Source: Waterburya sp. (GTDB taxonomy: Bacteria > Cyanobacteriota > Cyanobacteriia > Cyanobacteriales > Xenococcaceae). Taken from it: DNA of 64,000 bases. The translations under genes were made by a program, and so were the position numbers. Every line of letters starts with the position of its first letter. The first letter of the stretch is position 1. The notes beneath the pieces are model-generated. The model was not told the DNA's origin and ran no database searches. It saw only the letters and a program-made list of their open reading frames with translations. Below are positions 20,723 to 28,684 of the stretch, piece after piece. Location of the stretch: contig CBDCJV010000002.1 in assembly GCA_965217895.1 (NCBI GenBank), positions 384,001 through 448,000 on the forward strand. The letters run 5' to 3'.

Positions 20723-22057
20723 TTATTTGCTAAAACCGCGCATTTTACCAGGATTTAGTAAGCCGTAAGGATCTACCTGCTGTTTGAAGGCTACTTTTTG
20801 CGGATCGATCTGTTTGTTGCCACCGTCTTCAATAGTGTAAACGTGAGGATTGGCAATAAATGCCCCTTGAGATTCATGATTATGAATAATTTCATTTAAT
20901 CTGGCTTCGGTAGTGTAGCGAATTAGCTGCAATCCCGCAGGGACAGCTTTATTTCCCGCCCGCAAAAATTCTAGGTGAATCATGATTTCATCCCCAGCTC
21001 GATCCAGTTGCTCTAGTCTATCGAGGGTGAAATAAAAAGTTTGTAAATAAGTTAAGTTGCTATCGACATTGCGAGCATGAAGAGTAGTGTGATTCCAGGT
21101 AAACTCTAATAAGCTCGTACCTTTGGCTGCTTCAGAAGCACTTTTACTATAGGTTATTTCTCCTTGATATTCTCTGACTAAATCTTGGAAAGGAGCAAAA
21201 TCATACTCCGACACCATCAGCAAAGCGCAATGTTTTCCTTCAGGTAAATAGTTTTGTAAGGCAGCAAAATAACGAGTAATTGGTGCAGCATGAATACTAA
21301 CTAGTTTTTTGACAATACCATTACTGTCGCTTAATGCCTGTCCAAACTTAGCAGCAGTCATAAAGTCAGCAAATACCACAATTACTTCTTGCCAAGGATA
21401 AGCAGGGGCGAGAGGAATTTCTAGTTCGGTAATAATTCCTGTAGTACCATAAGCATGAAGCACTTTTTGTACCTCATCTCCAGACAGTTCGATAACTTGA
21501 GGCTGTGTTTCTAAAGTTACTATGCGTACTCGCCGTAGATTACCGCGATCGCTGATCTGTCCATAGTTAATCGAACCCATGCCCATACTGCCACCGCTAA
21601 TAAAGCCACCAATGCTAGCTGTACGATAGGTAGAAGGAGCCATACGCAGTTCCCAACCTATTTCTCTTGCTTTTTTATCAAAAGCTGCCATCTTAACTCC
21701 TGGCTGCACACAGGCTATTCCAGGTTTCAACCACTTGATTTGATTCATTTTAGAAGTATCTAAAATAATGCCACCCTGTAACGGTATGCACTGACCATAG
21801 TTGCCTGTTCCAGCACCTCTAACTGTTAAGGGAATTTTGTGCTTGACACAAGTATGGGCAACTTGTACCACTTCCTCTTCTGTGGTTGGAAAAACAGCTA
21901 ATTCTCCCCGCTTATGCTGCAATTGCTCGGTCAGAATCGGGCTGAAGTGATAATAATCTAAAGATAGTTTAGCTAAACGATCGCGATCGCTAATCGTTTC
22001 AATTCCTGCTAACTCTTTGGCAATCTCTTGATAATTTATGTCCGTATTAATATTCAT
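20723..22057 (-). CDS. FAD-binding oxidoreductase (GlcD/VAO family)
   Basis: RGAGTGNYG, SIGGFISGG, GTTGIITE, DPYGLLNPGKM. Confidence 0.88.
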   Translation of the reverse strand: MNINTDINYQEIAKELAGIETISDRDRLAKLSLDYYHFSPILTEQLQHKRGELAVFPTTEEEVVQVAHTCVKHKIPLTVRGAGTGNYGQCIPLQGGIILDTSKMNQIKWLKPGIACVQPGVKMAAFDKKAREIGWELRMAPSTYRTASIGGFISGGSMGMGSINYGQISDRGNLRRVRIVTLETQPQVIELSGDEVQKVLHAYGTTGIITELEIPLAPAYPWQEVIVVFADFMTAAKFGQALSDSNGIVKKLVSIHAAPITRYFAALQNYLPEGKHCALLMVSEYDFAPFQDLVREYQGEITYSKSASEAAKGTSLLEFTWNHTTLHARNVDSNLTYLQTFYFTLDRLEQLDRAGDEIMIHLEFLRAGNKAVPAGLQLIRYTTEARLNEIIHNHESQGAFIANPHVYTIEDGGNKQIDPQKVAFKQQVDPYGLLNPGKMRGFSK

Positions 22058-22078
22058 TAAATGTCTCCCTCGCGCATT

Positions 22079-22103
22079 CCCTTGCGCCTGTCGGCGACGC
22101 GGG
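22079..22103. repeat. Small dispersed repeat copy
   Basis: CCCTTGCGCCTGTCGGCGACGCGGG, matching 11220-11244 and 34854-34878. Confidence 0.8.
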
Positions 22104-22129
22104 GTCGCTCGTCTAACTGCTCTAACTGT

Positions 22130-23410
22130 CTAAAAACCTTTTCTAAATCCTTCTCCTTGATTTATGGGAGTGCTAAGGCTAGGTTCATTGCTATTGGCGG
22201 GACTTCTCTTCTGCTCAGTATTAGGCTGCTGCAATAATATATATATACCACCAATCATGAAAGTAATCAGAGCGATCGCCAAACTGACAATTTCCCAACT
22301 AGAAATATTTCTATGCTTTGGCTTTTTGGCATTTAGCTGAGATTTTAACTTACTTTGTGTAAATACAGAATTGACCTTTATTGGTGTCAATTTATCATCT
22401 AAAGCAACGGCGTTATAACTCTTTTGCCCTATATTCTCATCCGTATTTAAATTAACAGTATTGGAAAATGGTTGAAATTTTTCGACTACGGGTGAAGCGA
22501 TAATATTTTTCGGATGAACTGCTTCTGAAGTTTCCCAATTTATATTTTCATTAACGGCAATAGACTGATTTTTTACTTCAACATTATATAAAGTATCTAG
22601 AGCTTGTAAAACTTTTGTTGCCGACTGATAACGCTCATTGGGTTGATACCTTGTCATTTGAGTCAAAACTTGAGCCAATTGGGGACTAACATTGGCTAAA
22701 GATTCCCAAATTAATTCTCCTTCTTCATCATCTTCTAAATCTATAGGCACAATTCCTGTAAGTGCCTGGATACCAATTACGCCTAACGCATATAAATCGC
22801 TTGCGGGCAAAGGCTTTCCTCTAGCTTGTTCTATGGGCATATAGCCTTGTGTTCCCACTGCCACCGTTAATTGATTAGCGTTTGCTTGTCCATGTAGTAC
22901 CTCTTTGACTGTACCGAAATCTACTAAGACTAATTTGTTGTCAGAATCACGGCGAATCAAATTATCTGGTTTAACATCACGGTGAATTACCCCTTGAGAG
23001 TGAATAAACTGTAAAACATTCAAACCATCTTTTAGTAATTCAATAACTTGTGTTTCTGTCCAAGTTTGGGCAGTAATTAACTTTTGGACAAGAGTTTGAC
23101 CTTGAATATATTGCTGAACTAAATAAAATTTTTCTTCTTCTTCAAAATAAGCTAGAAGCTTAGGAATCTGTTCATGATGCCCTAATATGTGTAGAGTAGA
23201 TGCTTCAGTGTAAAACAAACGACGAGCTACTGCTAAAAGCTTTGAGTCTTCACCTCTAGGATATAGTTGTTTAACAACACACTTATTTTTTCCTGGTAGC
23301 TGAGTGTCTTCTGCTAAATATGTTTTACCAAATCCTCCCTTAGCAATATACTCAATAACTTTATAACGAGAGCCTAAAATTTTTCCCTTCACGGTCGAGT
23401 ACAAATTCAA
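22130..23410 (-). CDS. Hanks-type Ser/Thr protein kinase with C-terminal TM (true start uncertain)
   Basis: KGGFGKTY, HRDVKPDN, DFG, GTQGYMPIEQ. Confidence 0.9.
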   Translation of the reverse strand: MNLYSTVKGKILGSRYKVIEYIAKGGFGKTYLAEDTQLPGKNKCVVKQLYPRGEDSKLLAVARRLFYTEASTLHILGHHEQIPKLLAYFEEEEKFYLVQQYIQGQTLVQKLITAQTWTETQVIELLKDGLNVLQFIHSQGVIHRDVKPDNLIRRDSDNKLVLVDFGTVKEVLHGQANANQLTVAVGTQGYMPIEQARGKPLPASDLYALGVIGIQALTGIVPIDLEDDEEGELIWESLANVSPQLAQVLTQMTRYQPNERYQSATKVLQALDTLYNVEVKNQSIAVNENINWETSEAVHPKNIIASPVVEKFQPFSNTVNLNTDENIGQKSYNAVALDDKLTPIKVNSVFTQSKLKSQLNAKKPKHRNISSWEIVSLAIALITFMIGGIYILLQQPNTEQKRSPANSNEPSLSTPINQGEGFRKGF

Positions 23411-23585
23411 ATTTTGTGATTGTCAAAGTACAGGAATATACTAATATCAAATAAACAAATTCATGATAACTAAGTCTTTTCAGTAAGATGACGACTTATA
23501 TTTGTGGTGGCGATTGCTCTCAAACTGTATATCCTTAGATTAAACTACGCTTCAAGTTTATTTATTAACTTAAAGTCATAAGTTG

Positions 23586-24470
23586 TCACAAGTTTTGCCA
23601 ATTGCTGTTAAAACGATAAAATCGGCGATCGGTATTACCTTGAGGAAGCAGTATTTCTTGCTCCAGCATAGTTTTCAAGTCTCTTTGTAGGGTGCGTCGA
23701 GAGACATTAGGAAACATTGCCTCGCAGTTTTGAATGGTTATTTCTAAGTGACTGGCTGCATATTTTAAGATTAAGCTTTGACGGGAATTAAGTTGATGTA
23801 ACTGTGCTAGTTTTTCCCAAGGTTGAATTGAATTATGTTTAATTACTTCATCACCAATATCATCTTTTAAATAGGCTTTTAATAAGATTTCAATTTCCTG
23901 AAAAATTTCTTGTTGATGGGATTTGTTACTACGAATCGCTAGCAAAATCAAGGTATTAGCACTATGAACGCAAACTTCAGCTAGTATGGCACTTCTTTGC
24001 TCTGTTAAAGTAGGATTACGAGCTTGAAGTAGCTTTGCCTTAAACTGAATTGCTTCTTGAGTAAAATTGGCATCGATATTTTTAAATATAGTCGGTGAAG
24101 TGAAAAACTGTGAAAAAATAATTCTGGAAGTGGGTTGCTCAAATAGTTTTTGAAATTGAATGGTAACAGTATGAATAAAATCGGCAAAGGGTAATTGAAT
24201 CACTTCAGGACGCAGTAATTTATCCCAAACAACATAAACGCGACCGACGTGACGTAATTCTAAAGCATTAAAAATTGCCAATTTATCGGGAAAAAATTGA
24301 TAAAGCGAACCCACTGCTGTATTTGATTGGGCTGCGATCGCATGGGTAGTAGCAGCCTCAAAACCTACCTTATCAAAGATTATAGCTGCTGCGTCTAAAA
24401 TTCTTTCGACACGTTCTTGACTACGTTTTTGTTGAGGTTGACGACGTAGGGGATCTTTTTTGGATTTCAT
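23586..24470 (-). CDS. TetR-family regulator with extra C-terminal DeoR-like winged HTH
   Basis: QQKRSQERV...VGSLYQFFPDK; C-terminal VSRRTLQRDLKTM; ATG at 24470 (ORF track starts at 24488). Confidence 0.85.
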   Translation of the reverse strand: MKSKKDPLRRQPQQKRSQERVERILDAAAIIFDKVGFEAATTHAIAAQSNTAVGSLYQFFPDKLAIFNALELRHVGRVYVVWDKLLRPEVIQLPFADFIHTVTIQFQKLFEQPTSRIIFSQFFTSPTIFKNIDANFTQEAIQFKAKLLQARNPTLTEQRSAILAEVCVHSANTLILLAIRSNKSHQQEIFQEIEILLKAYLKDDIGDEVIKHNSIQPWEKLAQLHQLNSRQSLILKYAASHLEITIQNCEAMFPNVSRRTLQRDLKTMLEQEILLPQGNTDRRFYRFNSNWQNL

Positions 24471-24646
24471 CTTGACTAATGCGAACAATATGTCGTATAT
24501 TTAAAAGCAATAAAAGTTATCTTATTAGCTGCTGATACTAAATTCTGTTCGTATAGGTGAGTTATTGATTTGAGAGGTCAGGAAGTTAATAACTAGCTTT
24601 GTCAATCGGATTTAGTATGAAAAGGGTTAACTCACAGCAATTAGAT

Positions 24647-24676
24647 ACTTGCGACATTATTTATTTTACTTGTCGC
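24647..24676. promoter_or_regulatory. Candidate operator GCGACA-N14-TGTCGC in the tetR/Rieske divergent region
   Basis: acttGCGACAttatttattttactTGTCGC. Confidence 0.45.
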
Positions 24677-24817
24677 GATCAACTTTTGCCTTTAAATTCA
24701 TAGCTTAAGCAAAGTTATAGATAAACATACAGTCTACGATCATAGGCGATCGCGCCTTGTCTAGTTCCTGTCTAGTTTTTTAGTTATTTTATTTCAGCCA
24801 ATTTAAATAGAGGAAAT

Positions 24818-25789
24818 TTGATTATGTCCATGTTAGAAGGTGCGCCTTGGCTATTAACGCATAAATCGATGCTAGAGATAAATAAACCCCATAAAATCTC
24901 CCTTTATGGCAAAGATTATGTAATCTGGAAAGATAAAGCGGGACGAGTTAATGCCTTATCTAATGTCTGTCCCCATATGGGTGCAATGCTGTCGGCGGGT
25001 TGGTGTGAGACACAATCAGATGGTACGAGTAAGGTAGTTTGTCCCTTTCATGCCTTGGAATTTGATACTGATGGTTGTACTGTCTTACCAGGAACAGATA
25101 ATAAGACTTTACCTCAGCTTAAACCTTTAGAGTTAATTATTCAGGATGATTTTGTTTGGTCTTATGGCGATTATGAGCTGAAAATTCCTATCCCCGATAT
25201 TTTAAATAAGATTGCTCAAGATTATGATTTTATTGGCTCGACTGCCGATACAAGTGTCGAGACAGACTTGCGATCAATGTTGTTAAATATGCACGATTAT
25301 AATCATCAAAATGGCACCCATCGAGATTTATTTGAAATTACCGAAGTTAGGTTTGAGCAATTTATCGACAATGGCTATCATTCTGAGGCTTTCTTTAATA
25401 CTCCTACCGCACCAAAAACTTTTTGGCAAAAGCTTAAACAACCCAACCAGTTTTTACTTCCCGAAGTAATAGAAGCTCATCTAGAAAACTATTTTCCTTC
25501 TTTGGTTATTTTTCATGGCAGTAGTCCTTTTGGTAAGATTGCTCAATGTCATATTTTTATTCCAGAATCATTAACTAAAACTCGTACTTATGTATTGCTG
25601 TTCGGCGAAGTAAGCAATCCCTTAGCCAAACTATTAAAAAATCAATTTCTCAATCTTAGTAAAGCTGTTGTCGAACAAGATGCAGGTATCTTAAATAAGA
25701 TTTATGCTGACGCACCACAAAAAATTAAGTTAAATAATGAGGTAGGTATGGATTGGGTTAAGCGTAATTTTGTTAACTGGCAAGAATAA
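24818..25789 (+). CDS. Rieske non-heme iron oxygenase
   Basis: CPH...CPFH Rieske ligands; N-x2-D-x2-H-x4-H; EQD. Confidence 0.88.
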   Translation: MIMSMLEGAPWLLTHKSMLEINKPHKISLYGKDYVIWKDKAGRVNALSNVCPHMGAMLSAGWCETQSDGTSKVVCPFHALEFDTDGCTVLPGTDNKTLPQLKPLELIIQDDFVWSYGDYELKIPIPDILNKIAQDYDFIGSTADTSVETDLRSMLLNMHDYNHQNGTHRDLFEITEVRFEQFIDNGYHSEAFFNTPTAPKTFWQKLKQPNQFLLPEVIEAHLENYFPSLVIFHGSSPFGKIAQCHIFIPESLTKTRTYVLLFGEVSNPLAKLLKNQFLNLSKAVVEQDAGILNKIYADAPQKIKLNNEVGMDWVKRNFVNWQE

Positions 25790-25889
25790 AGGTTTGTAGC
25801 GATTGAAATGAAGAGTCTAACCCTCTTAGACGGGAGCATATTCTACTCTCGCGGTGGGGGTTTCCCTCATGAGCGACTGCATCAAGACA

Positions 25890-25994
25890 ATGTTTCGAGA
25901 TTTCAAGAAAGGTGGCTATAATTTGGAAGGAACTAAAATAATTGGCGATCGCTTGATATCTCTACTGATTATAGTGAGTATTGCTTATACATAG
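25890..25994 (+). pseudogene. IS4-like transposase C-terminal fragment
   Basis: Manual translation MFRDFKKGGYNLEGTKIIGDRLISLLIIVSIAYT*. Confidence 0.65.
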
Positions 25995-26014
25995 GACTTA
26001 CGCCAAAGAAAAAT

Positions 26015-26465
26015 TTGATTAAAATTGATGTATTTGATCGCTTTGGTTTTGGCTTGGACAATAAAATCTTACTGCCGTATCACTGTTACCCATTTGATAA
26101 GTTTTTAATTAAAGGTAAGCCTTGGATTGAGAGAGAACTTGGCAAAAATAACAAAATACAGAAAGGCGATCGCAGTCTGAGAAAATTTCAGGCATATTTT
26201 GGCATGAGTTATAGCTACAGGCAGTTGGGCGATTCAAAACAAAAATCATTTCACGGATCTCGTTTGGTTCGTTCTCATTTATATTCTTGGGCGGTGTGTA
26301 AAATTGCCCCCGCAAGGCAAAAATAGATTCAGATGTGGAGCAAAAGTTTAAAAATCGCTATCGAGAATTAAGATTCTCGGTACGTGGTAAAGATGTAATA
26401 GTAAGCATATTGTTTTATGCGACTCGTTTACTATATCGAGAACTGTTGACTCATGTAAGGGATTA
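26015..26465 (+). pseudogene. IS110-like transposase remnant
   Basis: RSLRKFQAYFGM..RQLGD..GSRLVRSHLY; continues in shifted frames (GKDVIVSILFYATRLLYRELL). Confidence 0.45.
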
Positions 26466-26499
26466 GATAGAAAATTAAAACAAAGTAACAAAATTTGTT

Positions 26500-27168
26500 T
26501 TGAGCAAAATGAAAATTTTCAAAATTTTTCGTCCTATTCTTTCTTTAATATTGGTTTTAGCTACAACCCTATTAGTTAGCTGCGGTAGTGCTACGGTTTC
26601 TGCGCCACCGACTTATACTCCTGAAAAACTACAAAAAATTGAAACCTACCGTATTCCTCTGGATATCGCCCGTCAGAGAATTTCTGAACTGGGTGAATCT
26701 ATTGGTAATGAAAACTGGTCAAACGCAAGTAGTTTTCTTCATGGTCCTTTAGGCTCGATTAGAAGAGACTTAACTTATCTGTCTAGAGCTTTACTACCCG
26801 ATGAGCAAGAGTCTGCATTAGAGGCAGCGAACGATATCTTTGGACATTTTGAAAATATTGATGCAGCCGTTAGCGATAAAAACTACACCGTAGCAATTAA
26901 CCAGTACAAAGAAGTTGTGTCTGATTTGGATGCTTATGCTGGTTTGATTCCTCAGACTGAAAAACCAGTTAATCAAGCAGAAAAAGTAACTGACAAAGTA
27001 GAAAAGTCAGTTAACCAAACAAAAAGAGTAACTCGAAAAGCAACAGAAAAGTCAGTTAACCAGGCAGAAAGAGCAAAGTCACAAGCTGAAGATGTATTTG
27101 AAGGAGTTAAAGCAGAAGTAGAAGAGACAATCGAAGAGATTACTCCTAATTTTGGTGAAGATACCTAA
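26500..27168 (+). CDS. psbQ: Photosystem II lipoprotein CyanoQ with long C-terminal extension
   Basis: Lipobox LVSC, PPTYTPE, FLHGPLGSIR. Confidence 0.9.
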   Translation: MSKMKIFKIFRPILSLILVLATTLLVSCGSATVSAPPTYTPEKLQKIETYRIPLDIARQRISELGESIGNENWSNASSFLHGPLGSIRRDLTYLSRALLPDEQESALEAANDIFGHFENIDAAVSDKNYTVAINQYKEVVSDLDAYAGLIPQTEKPVNQAEKVTDKVEKSVNQTKRVTRKATEKSVNQAERAKSQAEDVFEGVKAEVEETIEEITPNFGEDT

Positions 27169-27172
27169 AAAA

Positions 27173-27357
27173 CGACGTTGGTGATTTAATGTATGACATA
27201 CAGAGTGTTTCTGTTCGTAGCTCTTAGCTTTTAGCGCGAACTGGAGTTCGCCGACTTGCCAAGGGCAAGGCGAGGCTTTCCAAAGCCTGCTATTAGCTTT
27301 TTTAATTTAATAAATGGCAGCAATGTTAAAGAATCATACCTTGATTCACCAACGCCT
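27173..27357. mobile_element. MITE-like shell (24-nt imperfect TIRs) carrying heptamers and a GC-rich triple-hairpin insert
   Basis: CGACGTTGGTGATTTAATGTATGA / TCATACCTTGATTCACCAACGCCT. Confidence 0.6.
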
Positions 27358-27395
27358 AAAAAACTTAATAGTATTCATGAGCTATAGAGACTTGT

Positions 27396-27428
27396 AAAGG
27401 CTTGGCACTGCTGAGCCTTTTTATTTTT
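27396..27428 (+). terminator. Intrinsic terminator after psbQ
   Basis: AAAGGCTTGGC-ACT-GCTGAGCCTTT followed by TTATTTTT. Confidence 0.6.
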
Positions 27429-27446
27429 AGTTAAATTAATTCAAAG

Positions 27447-28547
27447 ATGAGCAAAATTGTTATTATTGGCTGCGGGATAGTGGGTGCAGCGATCGCCTAT
27501 GAGCTTAGTCTGATCCCAGGATTAAACATTACTGTAGTTGAAAAAAATACTCCCGCTTCTGGCTCAACGGGGGCAGCTTTAGGCGTATTAATGGGTGTCA
27601 TTAGCCACAAGCAAAAAGGCAGGGCTTGGCGGTTTCGTGCCACTAGTTTAAAACGCTATGAAACTTTAATTCCCGAACTTGAAGCTAAAACAGGGTTATC
27701 TATTCCTGTTAATCGCCAGGGAATTGTCAAGCTCTTGTTTGAGGGGGAAAATCTAGAAAAATGGTATAAGCTACAAAGGTTTCGCGCTTCAGAAGGTTGG
27801 AATTTAGAGATTGGCGATCGCAATTATGCCACTCAACAATGTCCTCACGTAGTTAATGACCAGATTATCGGTGCGGTTTATTCTCCTCAAGACAGACAGA
27901 TAAACCCTGTCAAGTTAACTCAAGCCTTGGTGTCTGCTGCCACTGCTAACGGGGTCAAGTTTCATTTCGGCATTATGGTCAAAGATTTTATTACTCAAGC
28001 TGCAAATGACAATAAACTATCAAGCTGTCAACAGCTAGAAACCAACGCAGGAAAAATTGAGGTTGAACAATTGATTATTTCGGCTGGTTTGGGTTCAACT
28101 CCCTTAACTCAGTCTTTACAGCAAACAATTCCGATTCGCCCTGTATTGGGACAGGCAATCAAATTCAAGTTAGACAAGCCTTTAGGCAATGCTAATTTTC
28201 AACCCGTAGTTACAGGCAATGATATTCATATCGTACCTTTGGGCAATCAAGAATACTGGCTTGGTGCAACCGTAGAATTTCCTAATGAAAGAGAAGAAAA
28301 TATTGCTGATGCTCAAATGTTAGAACAGCTAAAGCAAGAGGCAATTAATCTTTGCCCTCAGTTGAAAGATGCTAACATCCTTGAAACATGGTCTGGCAAA
28401 CGCCCTCGCCCTGAAGGTATTTCCGCCCCAGTTATCAATATGCTATCAGGTTACGATAATGTTTTACTTGCTACAGGACACTATCGTAACGGTGTCTTAC
28501 TAGCCCCTGCAACAGCCCTAGAAGTAGTCAATTTAATTGCTAATTGA
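27447..28547 (+). CDS. FAD-dependent oxidoreductase (DAO/glycine oxidase family)
   Basis: IIGCGIVG, GKRPRP, ATGHYRNGVLLAP. Confidence 0.88.
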   Translation: MSKIVIIGCGIVGAAIAYELSLIPGLNITVVEKNTPASGSTGAALGVLMGVISHKQKGRAWRFRATSLKRYETLIPELEAKTGLSIPVNRQGIVKLLFEGENLEKWYKLQRFRASEGWNLEIGDRNYATQQCPHVVNDQIIGAVYSPQDRQINPVKLTQALVSAATANGVKFHFGIMVKDFITQAANDNKLSSCQQLETNAGKIEVEQLIISAGLGSTPLTQSLQQTIPIRPVLGQAIKFKLDKPLGNANFQPVVTGNDIHIVPLGNQEYWLGATVEFPNEREENIADAQMLEQLKQEAINLCPQLKDANILETWSGKRPRPEGISAPVINMLSGYDNVLLATGHYRNGVLLAPATALEVVNLIAN

Positions 28548-28557
28548 TCATTAATTT

Positions 28558-28680
28558 AGGTGTTACTGAATCAGGATATGAAATGTAAAAGTTTCAATTT
28601 TGTATATTTCTTCAAAAGCTAAAAGCTAAGAGCTACGAATAGTATTACTATCGGCTTCATACATTAAATTAACAACGCCT
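28558..28680. mobile_element. Second copy of the MITE-like shell, inverted and without the GC-rich insert
   Basis: Similar TIRs and the reverse complement of TTCGTAGCTCTTAGCTTTTAGC. Confidence 0.6.
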
Positions 28681-28684
28681 TGAT

